From: the human T2T-CHM13v2.0 reference genome, Homo sapiens | Reading direction: 5' to 3' (one strand) | Length of the DNA: 64,000 bases | Assembly: GCF_009914755.1 (NCBI RefSeq) | Contig: NC_060932.1 | Part shown: one piece after another, positions 12,307 to 25,959 of the stretch | How positions within the stretch are numbered: the first letter of the stretch is position 1 | Layout: each line of letters begins with the position of its first letter | The notes under the pieces: generated by a model | The model's input: the letters and a program-made list of their open reading frames with translations, nothing else | Told to the model about the DNA's origin: nothing | The model's database searches: none | Position numbers and translations under genes: made by a program

Positions 12307-13699
12307 CATTCTTAAACAATGATGTTTCCCACATCCGATGCCATGGAATGGGCTCAGGGCTTTGAGCCATGGCACTGATATTTAGAATTTTGTACCATTC
12401 TGTCTCCTCAGCAAATACACCACTCCTTAGATATCCACAGCATCAAGTTTAACCCAACTCAAACATAGCCTTCTTCTTGTCCAGCAAGAATGAAGGACAC
12501 TTAGGACTAAGGCCACAGGCAGAGAGGTCACTGTCAGGTGAGGGGATGAGGGCCCTTTCTCCCCTCCATTTCTTCCATTCTTTCTGTTTGATCGCATTAC
12601 TGTTGAGAAATACTGGTGAGGTGATGCAGGTGAAATCCTAGATTAACTGAATGTCAGGGCCAGGGGACAAACCCTGAGAGACACTGCACACAGTAACTCT
12701 GCTATGTGTGGTGCTGTGTGAATAAACCTCCAAGGCTCTCAGAGGATCCACCCTCATCCAAAATTATTTTCTCTAATGACTTCCTCAACATGTATCAGTG
12801 CAGACTGCAGAGGCTGGCCTCTGGTTAATTTCCAGAAAATCAGCACATTGGAGAAAAGAAAACCAACTCACTGTTCCCAGAGTGCCTGTGTGTTTTTTTC
12901 CTTCCTTCCTCTTCCATTTCAAAGCCCTTTTGCTTTATTCCATGACAGCAGTATGACTTTCTCTCTTGCCTAATAGAGTAAACTTGCATGCCATGAGTGA
13001 TGCTGAGCCACTCTGATGTTGTTTATGACTTAACTGGTTCATGTCCCCACCCTCCTTCAGGCTACCTCCTTCTAAGAGACACCATCTCCTATTGCTGACC
13101 TGCTCAGTTTTCCTGAAGAGACCCAGAGTGCACTGTGGCACAGCATGTCAAAATTAGCTTCTTTTCAGGTCTTTAATCCAACTGCAAGGTTTACAGAATG
13201 CAGAATACCCTATGCCCCAACTCCTCAGCTGTAGAGTTGAGAACTTAATGGCAACTCCTCTGCCAAGGGCTGTTTCCACTCAGCATCCAGGTCTGCCCCT
13301 GAGACATGGACTTAGGTTTGCCATTTCTGCTGCTTTTACAAAATCCCCCTGACTGAATGAAAGTCTAGCTCAATATATCCCCCTACTTTAGGGTATTTTA
13401 AGATAATTCTTGCAGACCTCAGGAAACTGCCTCTGATGAGGGGATTTCAATCATCTATGCAAGAAATTGGTGGAAATGTTTTGAGATAGAGGGATTGCAG
13501 CTATATGGTACTTACATTAATTTACATCTTGTTAATAACCTCCTCTAGGTCCACATGTGATAAGGCCATGCATAAACAAGGAGACCGATGAAATGAAGTG
13601 TTGATCACACTGCTTAGTCCCTCGCATGAAGCCATGAGCAGCACACAGAAAGTCAGCAAACTATAATCAAGCACTGTCTGTGGCTCTCAAAAGTTACTT

Positions 13700-14060
13700 G
13701 ATCCCCACTTTAACTTATTCAGTTGTTAGAATAACTATGAAATACATATTAGCTCCACTGTACAGATGAGAAGATGTGCAGAGTTCTTTAGCAACTTGAA
13801 GAAAATCTCAGAGTTATTAACGGTGATGATGTAATGTGAACCCAGATTTTTGAAGGCAGATTCTATACCTGATGTTCTTTTAACTACAGTGCATGTCTCA
13901 AAAGGAGGAACTTTAAAGTCAAAAGGTCCTTAGAAGCAATGTGCCTTACACTGATGAAACTGACGATTAGAGGTATGTAATAGTTTTGTTTTCACCCTGA
14001 GGTCACATATACAAAGAGCAGCAAGGTCAGGATCAGAGTCCTCATCTCCTCTCATGCCAC
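13700..14060 (-). mobile_element. MIR fragments
   Basis: MIR core-like motifs (tacagatgagaagatgtg, ctgatgaaactgacgattagagg). Confidence 0.5.
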
Positions 14061-15529
14061 CTCCAATGCTGCTGCCACTGCCACTGTGTTCCCCTCACTG
14101 TGGGGGATGAGACCCTCCTTTAGAGCCACCATTGCCACTTTCAACTTAAACTCCCCCACAGGCTCCTTGCAGCACTCAGGTTACCAACTCCTCTCTGATC
14201 TCTGGAACCCAAGAACCACAAAAGCAACTAATCTGAAGTAATGTCTCCGCCTTCTTTTGAAGGGACCAATTTAAGAGGAGCAGCTTGAAGCAAAGAGGTC
14301 AGAAGACGGACTACAAGGAACATGCTTTATTGACACATCAAACAGACTGCAGAACCAGGCAGCCTTCTCAGCAAAGAGACAAAGAGAATATTTCTACTAG
14401 GAATAGGGATGAGGCAGGGGCCAGCTACACCTGGAAGGCTTTCACCACAGAATACTGCTGCCTGAAGATGTTATAATATACCCTACAAGTGAAGAAGGCC
14501 TAGCAGCTGGGTACTCTCCATCTAATCCACGGGAGGCAGGTACCCAGCGTGGACTTTCTGACAGTGACTGTCACCATTATCTCAGGTGGTTTCTGCACTC
14601 AGATGAAGGGCTGCCTTTTCAGGTCTTGATTTCCATTGACTCCACTCTGCTTATGCCAGCGGCTCCCATGATCACAATCTAAACTTTCCTCTGAACTCAC
14701 TAATTAGAACAAACATTTCGTATTCTCAAACTTTTTAATCATCTTCTTCCACCCCACTCAATACCCATGTACATACTCTTAACTATGGCATATTATGTCA
14801 CCGTTAGGTTCATGAGATCAATAGTATGTCTCATATGGTACTACCTTCAATGTGTGCCAAGAATCCAACAACTCAAATTGTTGAGCTTGAATTTCTGCTG
14901 TTCAAACTGACTGGAATTTAACCTGTTTTCTTAGCTTCTTTTTTTGAGAATGAAGATGTTTTTTCTACTGCCTTTCATGAACAGTTCCTCCCCATGCCTG
15001 GGTCCTTGCTCCTCTCCCTGAATCCACTCCTCCAGTGTTCTCATCACACTAAATGAAGCCACCAGGTATCCAAGTAGCTCAAAGCAGAATTTTACAGATG
15101 CTCTTGAAGTCACCCCCTTCCCTGCACCCCTCCAAATGCAATCTATTATCAAATACTGCAAATCAATTCTGGAAAGCGAGAGAGGCTTGGCCTCCCTTGT
15201 CAGACCTAGATCCTGGAAATCTATAGACTTAAGAATAAATGTCTTCCTGCTGGTGGGATATTAAGATGATATAAAATGTGAATGAGCCCTGGGAAGGGAG
15301 CCTCTGTATCCCAGAGTCTCATGTGCTGAATCGGAAAGTTAAGCACAGACCAAGTTATCCTCAATAGGCTAAATTTTCTAGGACCTTGGAATATTCTGTA
15401 TTTATTTCCCCCTTCTTTACATCTGAGCCATTTCTTAAAGGAGTGTTTATTCACTGTTACCTGATCTCTGGTTGGCTTTGAGGCACATTAAGCATAAACA
15501 TCATGTCTGTCCTTAATAACTGTGGCACA

Positions 15530-15800
15530 TGTGTTGAGCATTTATCATCCAAGGCAGCATGCTACGTGTTTTCCATGTACTAATTCATTCAATCCTCTCA
15601 CTAAATCTACAAAATTGGCACAATTGGTACTGTCAGTACTCCCATTTTATACATGAAGCAACTGAGACTCACAGAAGTTAAATAACGTGCTCCAAGTCAG
15701 AGCTAATAAGTGACATTTCACAGATGAGAACACTGAGCCCAAAGAGGTTAAGTTCAGATGCATGTGGTAAACAGGTGGTCAAATTGATATACTACCTATA
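15530..15800 (-). mobile_element. MIR fragments (two cores)
   Basis: cccattttatacatgaagcaactgagactcacagaagttaaataac and cagatgagaacactgagcccaaagaggttaag. Confidence 0.7.
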
Positions 15801-17120
15801 TCTGTTTGGATCAGATGCCTTTGGAAGGTTAACAAAATTCAGCAAGTCCTGGGTATATTGTGTTCATCTGAGTTGAAATAAATTTTGTCCAGTTCCTCAA
15901 CAAGAAAACCAGCGTTCTAGCAGAGGAGATAGAATGCATGTGAAGAGAAATACTCTCAAAGCAAGAGCACGTTCTTGACTGGGACAAAAAGCCAAAAATT
16001 AGGAACCAAAAAAGTCATTGAAAAAGAGAAGTTAAAATAGGGAGCTCTAGAAAATGCTCATAAACAGAGTGGGGTGCTGACTGCCTCAGTAGAGAAAAGG
16101 CTGATAACTGTATCAGGCTAGCCAAACAGGAGAACATTAGGATAGAGCATTGTCACCAAGGATAATTTAGAAAGTATAAGACAAATCAAGCCAGTGGCGT
16201 TATCCCAACATTATAAAGGCAAAGTCCATTTTAGAAGCAGCCTAATTCCTGAAACTTACACTTCTTTCCTGAAAGCTGTCACTGTCTTGTTGGTCATGAC
16301 AAAGAACAATAGAAATCTTTTGTCTTTTAGCCAGATATCAACAGTTTTATTCCATTTCTGTGGACCGTTGCAAAACACCAAGGATGGAGTTCACTGTGGG
16401 ACAGTGCATGGGATGAACAAAAGAGAATTGAGTGGTTTTATTAGGATGTCAGCAAGCAAGGCAGAAGGGGTGCAAGGCTAGTACAATGGGCGTTGTGTCA
16501 CTAAGCACAGATGCTCAAGGGTTGGGCCGATCATCATAACTGATTTGGAGCTCACACTATGAGGTGAGAAAGAAATACATTTTTCCCCCTTAGAAATAAG
16601 AAGGAATGTGAAAAGAAAACCCATTCTTTGTCCTGTAAGAGATGCGGAAGGAGAGAACAGCAGCATAAATGTGTGCATGAGTAAGAGGGATTCTCACGCT
16701 TGGGTGAGAAAAAGCAAATAAAGCCCACGCTTTGATGTTATAAGTAATTTTATCAAGGTCTTATGGTGTGGCTTGCAGCATTTGAAGAATGAGGAGGAAA
16801 GGAAAGGCATGTGTCTTGATTGAAGCTTAAAAACTGCCAAAAATTAACTTCGAGAATTCCTGCCCTACTTGATGATGCCTCCGTATTGCAGTTAGCAAAA
16901 CTATACATGAATTCCACAAGGAGTCTATGGATTGTCATTAAGACATCAGAAATATTTTAATTGTATTCAAAATTATGTGTTTGTGTGAATGCACACATTT
17001 TGATAGAGGAGAGAAGTTTGCAGAGATTTCATAAATTTCTTGAAGGAGACTAAGTTCCCAAATATTGAAGAAACACTGTCAGACAGTATTGATTTTTCCT
17101 ACGTTCCCCTATGTACCTGA

Positions 17121-17493
<373 letters not shown>

Positions 17494-17759
17494 TGAAACT
17501 GACATTTCTATTGCAGTGATACATTGGTTACCCTGCAGCTTAAAACTCTTTGGACCAGCAGCACTGGTATAATTTGGGGGCTTGCAGAATAGGGGTACCA
17601 CCCATGACCGATTGGATGTATTTGAATTGTCTCTCTGACTTCTAATGCTTGCCTGAACCCTCTTTCTCTAGCTGCATCAAATCCTTTGCCTTTAAATAAA
17701 GGCCTCACATGAGTGTGCTCTGTGGATTCTGGTGAATTCTTTCAACTATTTGAACTGGG

Positions 17760-18165
17760 GGAACCTTTGCAGGGTAAAATTCCTGACCCGTGAACTAGAG
17801 CAAGTAACTAGCTTTGGCCAATGGGATGTTAGTGGATGTGATTATAGCCAAGTCAAAGGTGCTTGAACTACAGGGATTGACCATTTCAGGATCACTCTCA
17901 TTGCATAAGGACATGCTAGGAGTCGCCTGATGAAGGATGAGTAATATGACAAGCAAAGTCAGGCCAGATGCCTCAGCAAAGGGCAGCCTAGCTCTGTGGA
18001 CAGTCAGCCAACCCTGAACATCTAAGTAAGCCCAGTCCAAATCAACAGAGCCTCCTGACCAAACTCAGCTGATCCCAGAAAACTGAGAAAACAATGTCCA
18101 TTGTTGTATGCCCCTGAGGTTCTAAAGTTGCTTGTTATACAGCATTACTATGGCAATAGACAGAA
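17760..18165 (+). mobile_element. MLT1 (G/H/I-like) solo LTR remnant
   Basis: gctttggccaatgggatgttag motif and 3' end ttgttatacagcattactatggcaatag. Confidence 0.65.
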
Positions 18166-18507
18166 GGTATAGACAAGTTCTCCACCAGCCAACTAAGGTG
18201 TAGGAGAATGTATCAGAGTGTGGCTGCCAATCAAATAAGTACACCAATATTGCTAGAGTACTCTGTAAAATGCCAAATAATTTGAAACCAGCAGTGAGGC
18301 TTTTTGCAGACCTCATACATGGGAAACCCAAGGGACACACTTGAGGAAGGTTACTGACATACTTGCACTGTAGTAGCCACATTCATGTACAGTAGCCACT
18401 TTCCATCACAATAATGTTTATCAATTTAGTACGTATATATACAGCAATGCATCATTTAATAACAGGCATACATTCTGACAGATGTGTCCTTCGGTGATTT
18501 TTGTCAC

Positions 18508-18906
18508 TGATATGGTTTGGATATTTGTCCCACCCAAATCTCATGTTGAGATATAATCCTCAGTGTTGGAGATGGGGCCTGGTGGGAGGTGTGTGGGTCA
18601 TGTGGGCGAATCCCTCATGGCTTCGTGCTGCCCTCACCATAAGTGAATTCTTGTGAGATCTGATTGTTTAAAAGTGTGTGGCACCTCCCCATTTCTCTCG
18701 CTCTTGCTCATACCATGTGACGCACCTGCTTCCCCTTCACCTTCCACCACGACTGTAAGGTTCCTGAACCCCTCTCCAGAAGCCAGGCACATGTTGGTGC
18801 TATGCTAGTACAGCCTGCAGGACCATGAGCCAATTAAACCTCTTCTCTTTATAAATTATCCAGTCTCAGGTATTTATTTATAGCAATGCAAGAAAGGCCA
18901 AACACA
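18508..18906 (+). mobile_element. MSTB/MSTA solo LTR
   Basis: TGATATGG...AACACA termini; TSD GTCAC/GTCAT (18503-18507 / 18907-18911). Confidence 0.88.
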
Positions 18907-19074
18907 GTCATTGTGTGAACATCATATACTTCCACAGACCTAGATGGTGTAGACTACTACAAACCTGGAATGTAGGGTATAGACTATTGCTCCTAGACTA
19001 CAAACCTGTACAGAACATTAATATGCTGAATATAGTAGGCGATTGTAACACAATGGCACATTTTGTGTATCTAA

Positions 19075-19375
<301 letters not shown>

Positions 19376-19490
19376 AACACTTCTAAACATAGAAAAGGTA
19401 CAGTAGAAATATGGTGTCATAATCTTAGGTGACCACCATCTTATATGTGGTCTGTCATTAATTTAAACATTGTTATGGGACAAATGACTG

Positions 19491-19538
19491 TGTATGTATA
19501 CATATACATATATATATACACACACACACATACACACA
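19491..19538. repeat. (TA)n/(CA)n compound microsatellite
   Basis: Directly visible. Confidence 0.85.
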
Positions 19539-20304
19539 ATAGATAATAGATAATAGTACATATACAAAAAAATCTGAATTCAATACTAAAAATAAAATGT
19601 AAATTTTCTTCCCACCTAGAATATATGTTTATTTCTTTTGAGGCAGTTCAATATTGCCAGTGTCATGTACATTGCTCTACTGAGGAGCTAGCAGTGCAAT
19701 TGGCTTCAATTCTAAATGTAACCACACAACTCTTCTACAAACACATTATATACATATGTAAAATTGCCAACAAACCTGCAATGTTAGCCACCATTTGCAG
19801 TAAGGCCATCATTGAAAATTCGATCCCCTAGGCAAGACTGATTAAGTGACTTTCTCAAAAAGTCATACAAGTTGAGAGAGAAACTTGGTCTCTAAGTGCC
19901 CTATTTGCAAATCCCCATGGCTGAAACAGGCTCCAGGGGGAAGCAAAGCCATTTGTATATTTTCTTCTTTATCTTTTGTAACAGGCATAATGCCATGTCA
20001 CATTCAAAAAATAAAAATGCCACACTACTGAGAGTTAAAAGTACTCTCTAGTGCCTCTTTGAAGAAAAACCCAGTGGGCAGTCCATGTAAACTCTTTGAA
20101 GGAGCCTCTCTCACTGCTGGAGAAAATGCGTCCTTGCTCTTGGCAGGGTAATAACGAGATATCCATCTTGCTGAAAGCCATGCTGGCTTTACATGTATGA
20201 TTATGTTTAAATGGTCACATATGCATTATCCCCATTCATATAGACACATTTTAAACTATTTGATTCATGTCAAAAAAGACCAGGTTAATTTATCAGGATT
20301 GCAA

Positions 20305-20480
20305 TGGTGTGATGTAGTATAAAGGGCACAGGATTTGGACCCAGGTATCACAAGGTTTCTACTCTGACTCAATTACTGGCTTTACGATTTTGGTCAAGAT
20401 GCTCAATTTTTCTGAGTCTCAGTTTCCTCATCAATAAAGTGGAAAGCATGATATCTATTTGACAAATATTTATTGAGAAG
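20305..20480 (+). mobile_element. MIR
   Basis: tctgagtctcagtttcctcatcaataaagtgg core. Confidence 0.75.
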
Positions 20481-20622
20481 TCATAGTGCTTGTCACCAAG
20501 AATATAATGGCTATAAATATAAACACCAACCCTTCCCTCACAGAATCAGCAAGGAAGACAATAGTGTTAGTTACGACTTCTTCCTCAACCCTATATTTAG
20601 AATTTAAAATACAGATTCTGAG

Positions 20623-20940
20623 TGTATCAGTCTGTTTTCACACTGCTATAAAGAACTGCCCAAGACAGGGTAATTTATCAAGGAAAGAGGTTTAATTGAC
20701 TCCCAGTTTAGCATTGCTGGGGAGGCCTCAGGAAACTTACAATTATGATGGAAGGGGAAGGGGAAGTAAGGCATCTTCTTTACAAGGCAGCACAACGAGA
20801 AGTACTGAACAAAGGGGGAAGAGCCAAACTGCCCCCATGATTCAGTTTCCTCTACCTGGTCTCTCCCTTGACACATGGGGATTATGGGGATTATAATTCA
20901 AGATGAGATTTGGGTGTGGACACAAAGCCTAACCACATCA
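20623..20940 (-). mobile_element. THE1C/D-like solo LTR with an internal deletion
   Basis: tgtatcagtc...aaccacatca termini; flanks CTGAG/CCAAG fit an ancestral CCGAG TSD. Confidence 0.85.
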
Positions 20941-22927
20941 CCAAGGAAAGAGAAGTCAGTCCCAACAATCAAGGATCTTACTTATAAATCCCTTAAAAAA
21001 TGAAGACTTCTCTATTTAGTCTCTGGTCTGTAGTGGCCGGAAACTGTGCCTGAATTGCAGGGACCCATGTGACTCATCTAGCTCTCCTTCTAGCTGCCCT
21101 CCGAAACCCACCAATTCACAAAGCTTAACGTTCTGCAATGGAAGAATACTCATCGAGAACGGTATGCTCAAACTGGCAGCCAGCTACATGTAGTGGACTA
21201 TTTCATATTCCCCAGCAACATTCTGATTTCCTTTGTAAGTCCACCACCACCACCACATTTTTGTTTTCTGTCTCTACCTGCCTCCTGGCTATACAAATCA
21301 ATTTCAGTTTTGTGTTTAAAATGGGAATGAGAACTGAGGACTTTGTAAAAATAGCTTTTTAATATATAGGTGTCCTCAGAGGTTCCTGAGCACATTTCAA
21401 AGTAGAAACTTATCAATGATGATAACAACTGACAGAAGCTTTACATTCAGTGGAGGAACTGAGTCTCCCTTGATCTTGCACTGGCCCCCAGTCCAGCGTG
21501 AAACAAATGAGGACAGTCACTGAAAGAGTCTACTGAAATTTGTAGATAATATTTCTATCTCTGATGAGAGGTAAACTGTTTAAGTCACTATGTGGGAATA
21601 TTTGTTTTAAAAACAATTCCCTCTTATTACGAGCACCCTTAGAAAATTCCCAAATGCAACCGGGTATAACCAACATATGATATTTTTTCTTTTTCACCAG
21701 AATAGATGAGATTTAATGCCTAGACCAGTGTGCTTACGTAAGGTGGGCCATAGCCCTCATGTCCCTTTTGTAAAAGTAGAGTGTGTATTATTTCTATTAA
21801 TAAATGCTCTGATAAAGTTATCAGTCACCTCTCTATAACAACTGTGCACATTTTTATGCCTTCAATAATTAAATTCTGTCTGTTTACCTTTTTTGAGATA
21901 TATGTCCCATGGATAGATTAGAGATATATTAGAGACAAATCACAAACAAGGTGCAGAGGAAATCTAAGTGGATGTCAGGCACAGGCCACAATTCCTAACC
22001 CAATAAAGCAATGGAAAAGAATCAGAACCACCCTTTGCCTGTTGAAACAGGCACCAGCTGGGACCCATGGGGAGTCTGACATCAAATTTCAGGTATAACG
22101 TTCTCTCATTCAATCAGCAGTCTCTGAGAAAGTAGTGTCTCTGAAACCCAGGGGTGTTTGCATGACTGGAGAATCAAAGTTTTGGCAGGAAGCTAGGGTA
22201 GATGTTGTCAAGGTAGGAGAGGAGAGGATGCCTACCCACTGAAGGGCATTGCATTTTCCAGATGAAAAACTGTGACCAGTTTTTGTCCCTGGGAGTTCTG
22301 AAATGTTCATCTCATTCTAATAAAAATAAAAGCATGGTCTAGCTGCCAGGAAAGATGACAGTGTTAATTTGGGGAGAGTTTAAAGTCACTCTCATATTTT
22401 TTTTCTGGGGTAGGTAGAGATGAATTTGCCTTTTGCTTAAGTTCCAAAGGAAGAAAGATATTTCATAATTCCAGCTCATTGATATTTCCCCCTCTGCTCT
22501 CTGGTCTGAAAAGGAAATTCAATTTGTCATTTCCCTTTCTTGACATACCCATACAAACAGACTGTTACTGTGCGCATTATGCACCTTTCAATAATGAAAT
22601 AAACTATGACCTCAAACATGAAATAGCACAAGCAGTGAAAACTTAGAATGGAAAGTTTCTGCTAGTGAGAAAATCTGGACCTCATCATCTCTAGAGCAGG
22701 CTGTGTTTTTTAAAGTCTAATTTTGAAGCTGAAGTCTGTCATTTATGTTAAAATGCAAAGTGTTAGGGAAGGTGGGGGGCTCCGAATTTATCGTATGTGG
22801 GAAGACCACCCTGTTGTTCATTTCCCTGCCGTATGGGAAGGCTATTACAGGCTCTTCTGTGAGGCATTTGAAACCTCTTCAATAGTCTTTCTGAAAGTTC
22901 CAAAATTTGTCCCGATTAAATTTTCAG

Positions 22928-23223
22928 GGCTGGGCGCGGTGGCTCACGCCTGTAATCCCAGCACTTTGGGAGGCCGAGGTGGGTGGATCACGAGGTCAGG
23001 AGATCGAGAGCATCCTGGTTAACACAGTGAAACCCCATCTCCACTAAAAGCACAAAAAAATTAGCCAGGCGTGGTGGCAGGCACCTGTATTCCCAGCTAC
23101 TTGGGAGGCTGAGGCTGGAGAATCGCTTGAACCCAGGAGTCAGAGGTTGTAGTGAGCTGAGATTGCGCCACTGCTCGCCAGTCTGGGCAACATAGCAAGA
23201 CTCCGTCTCAAAAAAAAAAAAAA
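22928..23223 (+). mobile_element. AluSc/Y-like
   Basis: ggatcacgaggtcaggagatcgag; A-tail; degenerate TSD ending TTTCAG. Confidence 0.92.
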
Positions 23224-24766
23224 TATTTCAGATGGGGATGCATACCTGGCAGATGTTTTCTAGGGGACGAGCCTTCACTTCAGCAACCTAGCTTTGGGCA
23301 TCTTCATGTGCTGAGGCTCTGGGAAGTGGAGATAAGCCAAGGTGAGAGAGGATGCTGTCTTGCCCTCAGGTTTTATAGTCTGGAGAGATGCATTATCAGC
23401 TAATGCTTCATTCTTCATCCCATATCAGAAGACAGACAATAAATATCAATAGAGTTCTCATCAAGCTCCTTATGGAGGGTGTTGCAGTAAGGCAAGGGCT
23501 CAAGTCTTCCTTGGTTTAGCCACCAAATCCATATGTGGCCATCCGGCATGTAAACTGAAGAAAAGAATGGTCCCTTTCCCAGAGGGCTGTTGTGAGAATT
23601 TCATGAGGTAATTCTCATCAAACCCTGGCAGCCTCCCTGCACCACTGCAAGCTTCATGGCATTAGAAAGACACGGCAGCCCTGGTTTATGCCCCTTGATG
23701 CCTAGTTTGCTGGTGGCCAAGTTGTGAAGCAGGTGACAGTCTGTCCTGGAGTGACTTGAGTGTCTGACTATGGACCCTAGTCTCCCCACAGATGTGTTCC
23801 AAAGTCTAGGCTCACTAAGGGCCATAGAAGGTCTTGTTATAAACTTGAATACAAACTTATTATTCATAAATATGTTACTTTCTTTCTATTTTGATCTAAC
23901 CCCTCAAGTCCACAACCGTTAAGACTCATGAGATGGAAGGATGGAGATAAAACCATTGAATACCATCAAACCTCCAACATACGTATATAAGAAATAGGGT
24001 TTAGGTAAGACAACTAATCAGTCCAAAGAGATTGCCTTAGCTTAACCATTCCATAATGCAGTGAGTCATTCTTTCTTTACTCCTCCATAAAAGGCTCCCA
24101 TTTTCAGCCTTTTTACAGCGAAATAGAATTTTCTTTCATCAGTTGTTTATTTTGCTCCAACCATGAAGCTACCACAATAGATATAAAGATGAATATGATA
24201 CGTTCTCTTTCATCAGAAAACATCCTATAAGTGAAGGAAACAAAGATGTAAACAATACAGTGTATCCTAATAATTGGAATTATAATGTGAAATGTCCTAG
24301 TTACAACTCTTACCAGCACTGCAGCCTTGGACAAATTAATCTCTTTGGAATTCCATTTTATCACCTGATAAATTAATATAATATATCCCTTTTATGATAA
24401 GGTTAGAAATAATAGATATTGTTAAATAGCAACAATAATAATGACACTGTCTTGTGGAATTTAAGAGCTTTCTAAGGAGGTACCTGGGTTGCCAGTCCAC
24501 GTATCATTTGACCAGCATGTACATAGAACCAGGCACAAGATTATACATAGGTTTTGGTTTTCTGATTTTTTTAAGAAATAAGGTATCTGATTCTTAAAAT
24601 TACTTAATAAAAATTCCTAACATAAAAGTGCCTGCAAGGAAAGGAATTTTGGTCAGGAATAGATACAAATAAATAGGTTTTGAATATTTTGAAAAAGTAG
24701 CTGTCATTTATCATGGAAAAAAATGTCAAGAGTAGAGAAGGCATAGATGTTGAAAATCTCTATTGT

Positions 24767-25959
24767 TGGGGTATAAGACCTAAAATCAAGACTCAATATG
24801 ACACGCTGCCTTGATATCTCATGAGATGACCTTACCACAAGTTTTTCTCCTCCCTTTGTTCCCAAGAATAAGATTCCTCCACCAAATAACCTTCTCATTC
24901 AAAGGGACTAGGCACACTTTCTGCTTATAACCGAGTAGTTGGTTTCTGTTCCCTGCCAGCCTGTAGAATGATTCAAACAAGCCAATCACATCCTCCCATA
25001 GAAAAAAGGGCCACCCCACTCTCTTGATACTACAAGATGTGTCTCTCACAACCCCTGCTTACTCACTGCATTCTCTTTTTTTTTCTTTTATTATTATACT
25101 TTAAGTTTTAGGGTACATGTGCACATTGTGCAGGTTAGTTACATATGTATACATGTGCCACGCTGGTGCGCTGCACCCACTAACTCGTCATCTAGCATTA
25201 GGTATATCTCCCAATAGGTGCTGGAGAGGATGTGGAGAAATAGGAACACTTTTACACTGTTGGTGGGACTGTAAACTAGTTCAACCATTGTGGAAGTCAG
25301 TGTGGCGATTCCTCAGGGATCTAGAACTAGAAATACCATTTGACCCAGCCATCCCACTACTGGGTATATACCCAAAGGACTATAAATCATGCTGCTATAA
25401 AGACACATGCACACGTATGTTTATTGCGGCACTATTCACAATAGCAAAGACTTGGAACCAACCCAAATGTCCAACAATGATAGACTGGATTAAGAAAATG
25501 TGGCACATATACACCATGGAATACTATGCAGCCATAAAAAATGATGAGTTCATGTCCTTTGTAGGGACATGGATGAAATTGGAAATCATCATTCTCAGTA
25601 AACTATCGCAAGAACAAAAAACCAAACACCACATATTCTCACTCATAAGTGGGAATTGAACAATGAGATCACATGGACACAGGAAGGGGAACATCACACT
25701 CTGGGGACTGTTGTGGGGTGGGGGGAGGGGGGAGGGATAGCATTGGGAGATATACCTAATGCTAGATGACGAGTTAGTGGGTGCATTCTCAATTGTAACC
25801 TCCACATGGTCCTCCTCCCTGGGGCCATGGGTAGATGTGACTAATAAACTGCTGTGAGCTTCTCTGTCCAGTGCTGGGTGTCGTGTGTTTGTCCATCTCC
25901 ATGACTCTTGGGTGGAAATCCTTCCTTATCAACAGGGTGCATGGGAAACAGTTAACACA
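24767..25959 (+). mobile_element. ERVL-class solo LTR (MER74/MER54-like), split by an L1PA2 insertion
   Basis: TG...CA termini with perfect TSD ATTGT (24762-24766 / 25960-25964); CCAAT box near 24982; AATAAA near 25843; family name tentative. Confidence 0.7.
25076..25785 (-). mobile_element. 5'-truncated, 5'-inverted L1PA2 (3' end on - strand 25076-25215; inverted part on + strand 25216-25785)
   Basis: TSD TGCATTCTC (25067-25075 / 25782-25790); GAG at the diagnostic triplet (gatgacGAGttagtggg); ORF2 C-terminal peptide CWWDC...FSLISGN. Confidence 0.93.

Noticed and set aside
20100-20200. SQHGF peptide on the - strand suggesting a CR1/L3 RT remnant
   Set aside because: Only five residues match, and the flanking translation does not resemble CR1 RT.
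25117-25659. 180-aa ORF as a novel fusion protein
   Set aside because: It is a chance read-through from the antisense L1 3'UTR across the inversion junction into the ORF2 C-terminus, with no sign of expression.
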